The notes under the pieces were generated by a model. It did no database searches. It saw only the letters and a program-made list of their open reading frames with translations, and was not told the origin of the DNA. A DNA stretch of 27,607 nucleotides, taken from positions 2,741 to 30,347 of the forward strand of contig CAZCAP010000009.1 of NCBI GenBank assembly GCA_964496765.1, written 5' to 3'. This document shows, in pieces, positions 9,043 to 17,621 of the stretch. A program made the translations under genes and the position numbers. This DNA comes from an uncultured archaeon (GTDB lineage Archaea > Iainarchaeota > Iainarchaeia > Iainarchaeales > CSSED10-239). The stretch's first letter is position 1; each line of letters starts with the position of its first letter.

Positions 9043-9612
9043 ATGCAAATTAAAACAATACCACTATCAAACTTAAAAACGGCAGATGATTTACAACAAC
9101 AAATACTTAATCCAACACACAAAAAGAGATATAGAACATATGGATATATAAAAAATAGTTACAACCGAAACTCGTCTTTATTTGTTGGCGCTTATGATAA
9201 ACACAAATTAATTGGCATTGTTTTTGGGCATATTAAAAAAAACAAAATTTTACTTGGAGAAATGGCAATTTTAAAAGAATACAGAAATAAAGGTATTGGT
9301 AGTAAATTAATTACTTTTTTTGAGAAACAAGTAAAAAGATCTGACAAAAAATATATTGAACTAGGTGCTTTTGGAGACGCCGAAAAATTTTATATTAAGA
9401 ACAAATATACGCCGCTACTATTTGCACAAATTTACTACAATAAAGTTCCAAAAAACTACACTAAATTTGGATTAAATATTATAAAAGAAACAAATTATAA
9501 AGACGCAAAAAGATGTTTTATAGAAATAAAATATGATCCAAAATTAAAAATTAAAATACAAAAACAACTCAAGGCATATAATGTTATTTATTTATTTAGA
9601 AAAAAAATCTGA
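9043..9612 (+). CDS. GNAT-family N-acetyltransferase
   Basis: LGEMAILKEYRNKGIGSKLITFFEKQVKRSDKKYIELGAFGDAEKFYIKNKYTPLLFA - acetyl-CoA-binding motif RNKGIGSKL. Confidence 0.8.
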   Translation: MQIKTIPLSNLKTADDLQQQILNPTHKKRYRTYGYIKNSYNRNSSLFVGAYDKHKLIGIVFGHIKKNKILLGEMAILKEYRNKGIGSKLITFFEKQVKRSDKKYIELGAFGDAEKFYIKNKYTPLLFAQIYYNKVPKNYTKFGLNIIKETNYKDAKRCFIEIKYDPKLKIKIQKQLKAYNVIYLFRKKI

Positions 9613-9825
9613 TGGTGATATGATAAGACACAAGTCCGAAATAATTTGCTTTGCAATTAAGTAATTGGATGTATGTTTAATTAGCTCTGGTTTATTTCTT
9701 ATTTCCTGTATTTGGTTGTAAATTTGCTTTGAATGTTTGGAAGAATACTCCAAAATTATATTCTTATGAGTAATAATAAAATAAATTTTATTTGTATCCT
9801 CCCTATATAATATTTTTAACATCAT
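9592..9825 (-). CDS. 77-aa hypothetical protein, translationally coupled to the radical SAM gene
   Basis: ORF-track 9592..9843 re-started at ATG 9825. The upstream GTGAAGTGATTATG combines the radical SAM stop TGA with an SD-like AGTGAT. Sequence MMLKILYREDTNKIYFIITHKNIILEYSSKHSKQIYNQIQEIRNKPELIKHTSNYLIAKQIISDLCLIISPSDFFSK. Confidence 0.65.
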   Translation of the reverse strand: MMLKILYREDTNKIYFIITHKNIILEYSSKHSKQIYNQIQEIRNKPELIKHTSNYLIAKQIISDLCLIISPSDFFSK

Positions 9826-9827
9826 AA

Positions 9828-10862
9828 TCACTTCACTAAACAATAATCTATATCATCATATATATTTTTATTCAAAATATCTAACTGTATTGGGCATCGC
9901 CCACATTTAGATCGTAATTTACAATTTGGACAACCAATTATTTGTTGTTCCCGCCAATATTTAAATTGATAAGAATTCCAAACAAATATAACCCTTTTTG
10001 GATCAGTTAACTTCACACTAAAATCTGGCTTGAATTTAGTATATTCTATCAAAGGACAAGGATATGCAATCTTATCCACAGATATATGATAATAATGTAT
10101 ACCACCGCCACACTCAAACACATATTTTTTACCATCTATTCTCTTAAAATCAGAAATATCTAAATCAATATTATATAAATCACACAATTTATTTAATTTA
10201 TTTGAAAAACCATCACAAAATAATTTAAATATGGCATTGGATTCAATATCAGTTTTATTTAGATGACCACGTCCTTTTTGTAATAAAGGGCCAATTACCC
10301 ATTTATTCACACCTAATTTGTGTAAATACTCTGGAAATTTTAACAATTGATTATAATTTTTTGAATGAACCAAAGTACCTATCGTCACAAAAATGTTTTT
10401 ATTAGTTAAATCCTTTATGGTGTTTATTGTTTTTAAAAAAATAATTTTATTTCTTCTTTTTGGATCTCTAATAAAGGTATGTGAAAGTGGGGTAATTCCA
10501 TCTAGTGAAACCTTAACTGATAGAAGCATTTTTGATTCCACAATTTTATTGACTAATTGATTAGAAAATAAACCATTTGTAGTTAAACAATAAGGTAATT
10601 CAATATTATCTAGGTAATTAATTATATTCTTAAAATCAGGATGTAAAGTTGGTTCCCCCCCAGAAATAGTCACATAGATTATATTTTGATTTTTCAAGTA
10701 TAAAAATAACTTTTTTAAATAATTTATAGAAAGTTTTTTTTTAACTATGCCATATGATCCATAACAATGAAGACATCTTAAATCACAGTCACTTGTTATA
10801 GATATATTAACATGCAAAGGTGCGATTTTAGGAAGTATATTTTCCAGTGTTTTTCTATTCAT
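9828..10862 (-). CDS. radical SAM protein with SPASM-like C-terminal domain
   Basis: CDLRCLHC (CX3CX2C), SGGEPTLHPDF, SVKVSLDG; C-terminal C-GGGIHYYHISVDKIAYP-C ... CPNCKLRSKCGRC ... DYC. Confidence 0.92.
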   Translation of the reverse strand: MNRKTLENILPKIAPLHVNISITSDCDLRCLHCYGSYGIVKKKLSINYLKKLFLYLKNQNIIYVTISGGEPTLHPDFKNIINYLDNIELPYCLTTNGLFSNQLVNKIVESKMLLSVKVSLDGITPLSHTFIRDPKRRNKIIFLKTINTIKDLTNKNIFVTIGTLVHSKNYNQLLKFPEYLHKLGVNKWVIGPLLQKGRGHLNKTDIESNAIFKLFCDGFSNKLNKLCDLYNIDLDISDFKRIDGKKYVFECGGGIHYYHISVDKIAYPCPLIEYTKFKPDFSVKLTDPKRVIFVWNSYQFKYWREQQIIGCPNCKLRSKCGRCPIQLDILNKNIYDDIDYCLVK

Positions 10863-10876
10863 TATAAAACAAATCT

Positions 10877-11002
10877 TTAATACTGATTATGACTACATTC
10901 GTTACTTTCCATCTTTTTAAGTAGTTTGAAATGTATTTCTTTATTATTAACTCTTATTTTTTTGGATTCAGTATTTATCGCAATTGCTGCTGTAGATATC
11001 AT
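10877..11002 (-). CDS. uncalled 41-aa peptide ORF, candidate precursor peptide upstream of radical SAM/SPASM gene
   Basis: MISTAAIAINTESKKIRVNNKEIHFKLLKKMESNECSHNQY*; SD GGTGATTTTATG identical to that of the Sm gene; TATA-like ATATTTAAATATAAAT about 30 nt upstream; 14 nt before the radical SAM ATG. Confidence 0.6.
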   Translation of the reverse strand: MISTAAIAINTESKKIRVNNKEIHFKLLKKMESNECSHNQY

Positions 11003-11106
11003 AAAATCACCAAATATATTAAATAACAATTTATATTTAAATATATCTTTTTATAAATAAGAAATTCAAAAAAAATATTAAAAAGAAAAAAATAGAAATA
11101 TAAAAT

Positions 11107-11222
11107 GTTAGCAACTATCTAGACGCACCTTGCAGAAACAAGTAGCATGCAAAACCGGAAATGAACTTAACTTCTGGGTTCGGAAAGGGTCCAGGTGTTT
11201 CTTCATCCCTTTGGTCGCTAAC
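11107..11222 (-). rRNA. rrf: 5S ribosomal RNA
   Basis: Minus-strand GTTAGCGACC...GAAACACCTGGACCCTTTCCGAACCCAGAAGTTAAG...GTTGCTAAC. Conserved loop B/helix II-III sequence, with 5' GTTAGCGAC pairing 3' GTTGCTAAC (helix I). TATA-like TTTTTAAATG about 26 nt upstream. Confidence 0.95.
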
Positions 11223-11289
11223 AATATAATTAGGAGAAGAAACATTTAAAAATAGATTGTTCGTATATTTAAAAGATGAAAAAGAAATG

Positions 11290-11841
11290 CTATTCAGCAT
11301 CTCCCTTAACCTTCTTTAGTAGTGCTTTAACTTTATTAACACTCTTTCTAATATCATCCTCTGTTTTAGCACCAGCACATATTAACTTACCATTCTTGAA
11401 TAGAAGAATAGTTATCTTTGGATTGTAAAGTCTTATGATTGCTCCAGGAAATTGTTCTGGCTCATACTCAATATCATCAAGAGTTACTGCTGCTTCAAAT
11501 AAATCAACAGTTTTACCAAGACTAGAGGTCGCAACAAGATTAACAATCTCATATTTAGGTGTTTTCTTTACAGACACTTCCTTTTGAATTTCAGAGATTA
11601 GTTTCATTGCTTTCCTAATTCCAGCAACTATGTCTTTTTCGGATGCAGCACCAGATATAATTATCTTACCATTCTTAAATAACAGAAGAGATACCTTTGG
11701 TTCTTTTATTTTAAAAATAGCACCAGGAAATTGCTCTGGTTCGTACTCAACGTCAGGTATTGCAGCAGCAAGATTATATAAATCAAGTGTTGTTCCAAGT
11801 GAACTTGATGCAACCAGGTTAACTATTGTATAGTTACTCAT
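11290..11841 (-). CDS. tbp: TATA-box-binding protein (TBP), two-repeat structure
   Basis: Repeated YTIVNLVASSSLGTTLDLYNLAAAIPDVEYEPEQFPGAIFKI / YEIVNLVATSSLGKTVDLFEAAVTLDDIEYEPEQFPGAIIRL. Confidence 0.97.
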   Translation of the reverse strand: MSNYTIVNLVASSSLGTTLDLYNLAAAIPDVEYEPEQFPGAIFKIKEPKVSLLLFKNGKIIISGAASEKDIVAGIRKAMKLISEIQKEVSVKKTPKYEIVNLVATSSLGKTVDLFEAAVTLDDIEYEPEQFPGAIIRLYNPKITILLFKNGKLICAGAKTEDDIRKSVNKVKALLKKVKGDAE

Positions 11842-12155
11842 ATTTAATTCCTCACAATCTTTTTATGTTTAATGTATTTTATTAATTTAATAGAATTTGA
11901 ATTGTATGACGCTCTAGATATATACTATAAACAAAACATTTAAAAAGGGGCTTTTAAAGGATTATAAATGAAACAGGTTTTTCTAGATCTCCGGAAATAA
12001 AAATACTTTTTAAAAGTAACTATATATAAATATATATAGAAATGTCAAAAATAAATTTGAATTATTCATTTATTAGTATAGATGATTTTTTAGTAAATAA
12101 GTTTTTGATAGAGAGAAATAATATTTCTTTAAAAAATTACAAGAAGGGATCATAA

Positions 12156-12500
12156 ATGACAAACAAAAAACCAATTGGAAAAAGAGCAAGAACAAGATAC
12201 AAATATAGTAGAGGAGTTAGAGACAAAACAACAATAAATGATATTATTAAGCCAATCAAGATAGGAGATGTTGTAGCTATTAAAGTTAATAGTTCATTCC
12301 ATGAGGGAATGCCCTTTAGAAGAACACATGGGATTACTGGAAAGGTTATTGGAATACAAGGAAAGGTTCCAATAGTAGAAATCTATGATGGAAATATGAA
12401 AAAGAAGATTGTGGTTCATAGAGCACACCTTAAACAGATATTAAATAAACCTAAATCAGAAATTAAAAAGGTAAATAAATCTAAAAGTGAGAAAAAATGA
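12156..12500 (+). CDS. rpl21e: 50S ribosomal protein L21e
   Basis: KRARTRYKYSRGVRDKTTINDIIKPIKIGDVVAIKVNSSFHEGMPFRRTHGITGKVIG. Confidence 0.95.
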   Translation: MTNKKPIGKRARTRYKYSRGVRDKTTINDIIKPIKIGDVVAIKVNSSFHEGMPFRRTHGITGKVIGIQGKVPIVEIYDGNMKKKIVVHRAHLKQILNKPKSEIKKVNKSKSEKK

Positions 12501-12823
12501 ACTCTGAATATATAGAAGACATGTCAGTATCTGAAATTAAAAAATTATTAACTGCAAGAGGAAAAGACAAGGAACTTAATTATGAGCAAAAGCTTGCTTT
12601 TGAACATTCAAAATTATTTACTAAGTTAACTCCAGCTAATGCAGAGAAGATAAAAGGAATATTAATTGAAAAGTATCAAATGACAAATGAGCTTGCAAAT
12701 AAGATAGCAGATATTCTACCAAACCAGGTTGAACTTGATCTAATATTTGAAAAAGAAGACACCTACAATGATGAACAAAAGGAAGAAATAATTGCTCTTA
12801 TTGAAAAATATAGAAAAGAATAG
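12497..12823 (+). CDS. rpoF: RNA polymerase Rpb4/subunit F
   Basis: SVSEIKKLLTARGKDKELNYEQKLAFEHSKLFTKLTP...ANKIADILPNQVELDLIFEKE; position between L21e and DUF655. Confidence 0.88.
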   Translation: MNSEYIEDMSVSEIKKLLTARGKDKELNYEQKLAFEHSKLFTKLTPANAEKIKGILIEKYQMTNELANKIADILPNQVELDLIFEKEDTYNDEQKEEIIALIEKYRKE

Positions 12824-12845
12824 AATAAATCAACGAGAAACAAAC

Positions 12846-13373
12846 ATGTTAATTAAAAAAGAAGCAATAGTTCTTGATAAACTCAAGAAAGAAATTAGAT
12901 TCAAACAAACACAGGTACTTTTATGTATTGGTACCTCAAACTTCTCTCTTCTTGAAGTAATTACTGATGATTCAGTAAAGATCTATGATGTAATAGACAC
13001 AGAGAACATGATTGTTAGAAGAATCACCTATGATAGACTATCAAGTGATGCAAAAAAGGAACTTGAAAAAGCAGTTGAAGGATTAGTAATTAAAAATCCA
13101 GATAGATTTGTTAATTTTTTCAATAATGCTAAACCAATTAGCCTTAAGAGACATCAGCTTGATCTTCTTCCAATGATTGGAAAGAAGCACAGGGATGCTA
13201 TTCTTGAGCACATTAGAACAAAAGGTAAGTTCAATAATCTTGAAGAAATAAAAAACATAGAAATGCTTCCAGATCCACTTAACATAGTTGTAAATAGAAT
13301 TATTGAAGAGATCCAACTAGGACCAGAAAATAAATACTGTTTATTTACTATGCCTTTTCTTAAGCGTTTCTAA
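12846..13373 (+). CDS. DUF655 family protein (HhH-containing putative nucleic acid-binding)
   Basis: MLIKKEAIVLDKLKKEIRFKQTQVLLCIGTSNFSLLEV...SLKRHQLDLLPMIGKKHRDAILEHIRTKGKFNNLEEI; ORF-track start 12792 overlaps rpoF, and internal ATG 12846 is preferred. Confidence 0.88.
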   Translation: MLIKKEAIVLDKLKKEIRFKQTQVLLCIGTSNFSLLEVITDDSVKIYDVIDTENMIVRRITYDRLSSDAKKELEKAVEGLVIKNPDRFVNFFNNAKPISLKRHQLDLLPMIGKKHRDAILEHIRTKGKFNNLEEIKNIEMLPDPLNIVVNRIIEEIQLGPENKYCLFTMPFLKRF

Positions 13374-13397
13374 TAAATAAAAAATGAATGTGAAAAA

Positions 13398-14189
13398 ATG
13401 ATTAAAGATCTTTATGGTTTAATGTTAAGATATGGATTTAAGCCAGACCACAAGCTTGATCAAAATTTTTGCATTGATGCTAATGTTCTTAAGAAGGTTA
13501 TTACTCTTCTTGATCCTAAAAAAGATGATGTTATTCTGGAGATTGGACCAGGACTTGGTTTTTTAACAAAGGATATTGTTAAACACGTGAAAAAAGTTGT
13601 GGTTGTTGAAAAGGATCCAATCATGACAAAAATTCTTGAAACTGAAATTCTTTCGGATAACCTATTAATAATTGAGGATGATTTTTTAAAAGTAAATATT
13701 AATGATATTAAACCCACAAAGATTGTTGGGTTCATTCCCTATTCCATTTCTCAAGAAATACTAGAAAAAATTAATGCAAGCGTTCCTACAATTCTGATTG
13801 TTCAAAGAGAATATGCTGAAAAAGTAACTGCTCACGAAGGATTTACAAAATATGTAGCTCAAAGTGTGCTTGCTCAAAGCTATTCAAAAATTAAACTTGA
13901 AGCAAAAATAAAAAGAAATTCATTTTTTCCTGTTCCTCCTTGTGAATCTGCAATAATATCTCTTTATCCGATTGAAAAGAAGCAGGATGAACTATATAAT
14001 AAATTTGTGAAAGGCATTTTTAGATATCCAAATAAGGATCTAATGAATGCAATTTCATTTGGAAAAAAAGAAAAGGATTATAAATTTACAAAAATAAATT
14101 TAGATAAGATTCAAAAGAAGTATGGAACTCAGAAAGTTAAATCTCTCTCTGTAAAAGAAATTAAAGAGATTTATAATTTAATAAAATAA
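13398..14189 (+). CDS. rsmA: 16S rRNA (adenine(1518)-N6/adenine(1519)-N6)-dimethyltransferase, KsgA/Dim1 family
   Basis: LDQNFCIDANVLKKVITLL, ILEIGPGLGFLTKDIV, VVVEKDPIM, GFIPYSISQEI, VQREYAEKV. Confidence 0.93.
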   Translation: MIKDLYGLMLRYGFKPDHKLDQNFCIDANVLKKVITLLDPKKDDVILEIGPGLGFLTKDIVKHVKKVVVVEKDPIMTKILETEILSDNLLIIEDDFLKVNINDIKPTKIVGFIPYSISQEILEKINASVPTILIVQREYAEKVTAHEGFTKYVAQSVLAQSYSKIKLEAKIKRNSFFPVPPCESAIISLYPIEKKQDELYNKFVKGIFRYPNKDLMNAISFGKKEKDYKFTKINLDKIQKKYGTQKVKSLSVKEIKEIYNLIK

Positions 14190-14196
14190 ATTCTAT

Positions 14197-15708
14197 TTAC
14201 TCAATTTCTTCTAGGATCATTGAATCAAATCTTAGGGCTTTGTTTTCTTGATAGTATTTGGTTGAATAATCAAGCTTATCCTTTGAATTGGAATATATTT
14301 CAAGAACCTTGTCTCCGTTCTTAACCTGCTCACCAACATACCTGCAAAGAAGAACTCCTGCCTCCTTGTCTTCAGGAGCACCAGCACTTCTAGCAATCTT
14401 TGTTAATACCTCTATATCCCATGATTCTATTTTCCCATCCTCATAGGAAAATATTTCCTGCTTGTATTTTGCATCTTTGATTTGATCTGAAGAAGTTATT
14501 GTTCCACCCTGAGCTTTAATTATTTCTTGCATCTTAATTAATGCTTTTCCGCTTACTAGGGTTTCCTTTGCTAAACTAAATCCTTCTCCTTCTTTACATC
14601 TTCCTGCAAGCTCAAGCAATTCTCCTGCAAGAAGACAGGATTTATTTGCAAGATTATCAAAATATCTACCTTCGAGTATTCTCATAACCTCTCTTGCTTC
14701 TAGAGCAGCACCAAAGGCTCTTCCACATGGTTCTTCACCATCAGTTAATATTGCTTTTGTTTTAATCCCAAGGGATTTACTTACGCTTATTAATTTTCTT
14801 GCTAATCTTTCTGCACTTTCCTTATCTTTAACCTTCATCTTACTTCCAACAGGAACATCAATTACAAGATGGGTTGCTCCTGCACTTTTCTTTTTAGAAA
14901 GAATGGATGCAATCATTATTCCTTCTGGATTAATTGATAGAGCATGTTCAACCTTAATAATTGTATTATCAACTGGGCATAAATCGAATTTTCCTTCCCA
15001 GGCAATAACAGCTCCTGTTTTTTCAAGAATCTTCTTAATCTCTGGAAGAGTAAATCCAACTGGAGCTAGTGCTTCCATACAATCAGCAGTTCCTGCTGCG
15101 GATGCAATTGATCTTGATGCGGTTTTAGGCATGAAATAACCTAGAGATGAAATAATGGGAGTTAGTATCATTGAAACCCTACCATTTATTCCTCCAATTG
15201 AATGTTTGTCCAGTATTTCTTTTTTACCATAGTCAAGTAAATCTCCTGCATCAATTAATGCATTGCAAAGGTGTGTGGACTCTTCAAGATTCATGCCATT
15301 AATGTAGCAAGCTGTTACAAAAGAGGATAGTTCCAGATCAGTTACCTTATTATCTTCAATATCTTTTACAATTTCATAGACTTCATCTTTTGATAATGTT
15401 TTGTTTTTAATTTTATTAATTATATAGGTTATTGATTTGGTAGGAGGTAGAAGATTAATTGTAACCATTGCATTATTTTCAAGTTTAAGTTGTTGAGCAA
15501 CATTTTTGAATAAACCAATTGTCCCTACATCAACAAAGGTCAAAGAGGTATCTAGGATACAGGTGTTTTTTTCTTTGGTTGTAGATATTTCAATTCTTGA
15601 AAGATAACCAGCATCTATTTTTCTTGCATCATCTACATTTAGAACACAAACAGGAACCTCAGCAGTAATGTCAAGAACCTTAACCTTTAATTGAATAGTT
15701 ACAGTCAT
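14197..15708 (-). CDS. deoA: AMP phosphorylase (archaeal thymidine phosphorylase family)
   Basis: KHSIGGINGRVSMILTPIISSLGYFMPKTASRSIASAAGTADCMEALAPVGFTL; archaeal-type N-terminal extension; 503 aa. Confidence 0.9.
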   Translation of the reverse strand: MTVTIQLKVKVLDITAEVPVCVLNVDDARKIDAGYLSRIEISTTKEKNTCILDTSLTFVDVGTIGLFKNVAQQLKLENNAMVTINLLPPTKSITYIINKIKNKTLSKDEVYEIVKDIEDNKVTDLELSSFVTACYINGMNLEESTHLCNALIDAGDLLDYGKKEILDKHSIGGINGRVSMILTPIISSLGYFMPKTASRSIASAAGTADCMEALAPVGFTLPEIKKILEKTGAVIAWEGKFDLCPVDNTIIKVEHALSINPEGIMIASILSKKKSAGATHLVIDVPVGSKMKVKDKESAERLARKLISVSKSLGIKTKAILTDGEEPCGRAFGAALEAREVMRILEGRYFDNLANKSCLLAGELLELAGRCKEGEGFSLAKETLVSGKALIKMQEIIKAQGGTITSSDQIKDAKYKQEIFSYEDGKIESWDIEVLTKIARSAGAPEDKEAGVLLCRYVGEQVKNGDKVLEIYSNSKDKLDYSTKYYQENKALRFDSMILEEIE

Positions 15709-15739
15709 TTTTCATCTTTTTCCTTTTTTTGATTTGAAT

Positions 15740-16057
15740 TTACAAGCTATCAATAACCTGCTTTAACATGGTTTTTGAAAGCATGCCTACCTGAGTTTTA
15801 ACTAATTTACTGTTTTTAAAAAACAATATTGTTGGAATAGACATTACTCCAAACTTAGATGCAAGATCCTGTGCCTCATCAACATTTACTTTCCCGCAAT
15901 AAACATTTGGGTTTTCAGTTGAGAATTCTTCAAATATCTTACTGAACATTTGACAGGGCCCACACCAGGCAGCCCAGAAATCGATTATGGCTATTTCCTT
16001 ATTAGTTATTTCCTTATCAAAATTTGAATTATCAAGATGTGCAATCTTTCCTGTCAT
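15740..16057 (-). CDS. trxA: thioredoxin
   Basis: IIDFWAAWCGPCQMFSKIFEEF...VDEAQDLASKFGVMSIPTILFFKNSKLV; SD GGTGAT upstream. Confidence 0.95.
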   Translation of the reverse strand: MTGKIAHLDNSNFDKEITNKEIAIIDFWAAWCGPCQMFSKIFEEFSTENPNVYCGKVNVDEAQDLASKFGVMSIPTILFFKNSKLVKTQVGMLSKTMLKQVIDSL

Positions 16058-16187
16058 AGTAAATCACCTGTTTTTATTTTTGTTTCTAATATATAAATAT
16101 AATATAACTATATAATTAAAAATCATAGTATATATATAATTATTTATTAGGTAATTATTTAGAAACTATATAAAATTAAGATTAATT

Positions 16188-16718
16188 ATGGGACCAACTA
16201 AAAAAATACTGATTAAGAAGACTCAATCAAGGAAATCACTAGTGGAAAAACCAAAACCAGAAAAAATTAATTTACAGGTGCCTCCTATGGAGGAAATAAT
16301 TAATAGGCTTAAGAAAGATAATGCAATGCTTGATAGGGTTAGAAAGGCCCATGATCCAAACTATATATCCACCTATAAAGGATTTGTCCCTCTAGAAATT
16401 AGAAGGAAGCCAAGAATTAACAAAACAAGAGAAGAAAACTATAGGGATAGTATACTTGATAGAAGCATAAAACCAAACCAGAAATCTAGCTTACTAACGG
16501 ACACAATAACTAATAGAAGATTAGTTAAGATTCTTGCAAAAAATTATTCAGCAACACTTAGAGATGCAATAGAAATAAGTGAGATGCTATTAACATTGAA
16601 TCAAGCTCAGCTTAGTGGGACTCTTTATTACATTGAGCAACACACCTTTCCAATAGTTAAGCTAAAGAAGAAGATAAAGGTAATTCAAGAGAATTGTTTT
16701 GCACTTAATGCAAAATAG
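16188..16718 (+). CDS. hypothetical protein (basic, helical, 176 aa)
   Basis: Long ORF in good context; no motif recognised. Confidence 0.7.
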   Translation: MGPTKKILIKKTQSRKSLVEKPKPEKINLQVPPMEEIINRLKKDNAMLDRVRKAHDPNYISTYKGFVPLEIRRKPRINKTREENYRDSILDRSIKPNQKSSLLTDTITNRRLVKILAKNYSATLRDAIEISEMLLTLNQAQLSGTLYYIEQHTFPIVKLKKKIKVIQENCFALNAK

Positions 16719-16727
16719 CAAGTTCAA

Positions 16728-17567
16728 TCACAGAGTGAAGTTAAATATTATTGCTCCAAGATAAATTAAAACATAAATTATTCCTAGCCCCATACAAAAA
16801 TAGGAAAAATCTACTTTTTTTGCAATTCTTAAAATCACATCTATCATTAAATATCCAACTATAAATGAAAAAATTATTCCAAGAAGAATGTATTTCGTGA
16901 AAACAAATCCATTTATTATCATTAAACCTATTTCTCCAATCACAACAGTTGGAATTGAAAGAAGAAAGCTTATCTTAAATGCTTTTTCTGGAGTGAATCC
17001 TTCAAACAAAAGAACGGAAGTGGTTATTCCACTTCTTGAAACACCAGGAATAATTGTTAGACCCTGAAAGAAACCAAGAATTCCTGCATTTCTTCCTGAT
17101 AGGGTTGCTTCTCTTCTAGTGTTCTTTCTACTGAGGTATTGAACTAGTCCAACAATCACTAGTATAACACCAACAAAAAGAAGAACAATTCCTGCGTTTA
17201 TTGAATCAAGATGATTTCTTGCAAGTAAATAGATAGGGCCCATTATTAGGAAGGTTAAAATTACTGTGATGGTTATAAACTTAAGATAAATTGATTCATT
17301 CCTGTGTTGCCTATACTTTAAATCACTTGTAAACATTCCAATAATAACATCTAATCTTAATAGGCTAGCAATCTCTTTTCTAAAGTAGATAATTGCAGCA
17401 AGAACTGTCCCTAGATGAAGCATCATTGCAACATTGAATGATTGGGAAAGGTTTAGATTACCAAAATTCATTAGAAATATAACTAGATTGCTTTTAGAGC
17501 TAACTGGAATCCATTCAAGTAGACCTTGTATTATCCCTGATAAAATATATAGTAATGCTTGTAACAT
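16728..17567 (-). CDS. uppP: undecaprenyl-diphosphatase-like polyprenyl pyrophosphatase
   Basis: SGIIQGLLEWIPVSSKSNLVI and GLTIIPGVSRSGITTSVLLFEGF signatures; multi-TM. Confidence 0.93.
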   Translation of the reverse strand: MLQALLYILSGIIQGLLEWIPVSSKSNLVIFLMNFGNLNLSQSFNVAMMLHLGTVLAAIIYFRKEIASLLRLDVIIGMFTSDLKYRQHRNESIYLKFITITVILTFLIMGPIYLLARNHLDSINAGIVLLFVGVILVIVGLVQYLSRKNTRREATLSGRNAGILGFFQGLTIIPGVSRSGITTSVLLFEGFTPEKAFKISFLLSIPTVVIGEIGLMIINGFVFTKYILLGIIFSFIVGYLMIDVILRIAKKVDFSYFCMGLGIIYVLIYLGAIIFNFTL

Positions 17568-17621
17568 GATATGTAACTAAATAAAGCAAACTATTTAAAA
17601 CTATATTCAATAAATATACAT

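Noticed and set aside
11115-11300. 61-aa ORF in the track
   Set aside because: It overlies the 5S rRNA; the conserved rRNA sequence and helix I pairing explain the conservation and the frame is incidental.
12497-14189. rpoF-DUF655-ksgA after L21e as an unusual cluster
   Set aside because: This is the commonly conserved archaeal arrangement and not novel.
14903-15139. Antisense ORFs inside long genes (also 1215, 2578, 5646, 6071, 11630, 13083, 13460, 18882, 21031, 23001, 23949, 24699, 26379, 26811)
   Set aside because: All lie opposite or within well-supported CDSs and have no recognisable domain or independent initiation signals.
14197-15708. AMP phosphorylase as sign of an unusual pathway
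   Set aside because: Known archaeal/DPANN AMP-RuBisCO salvage enzyme; the partner genes are not in the window, so nothing further can be claimed.
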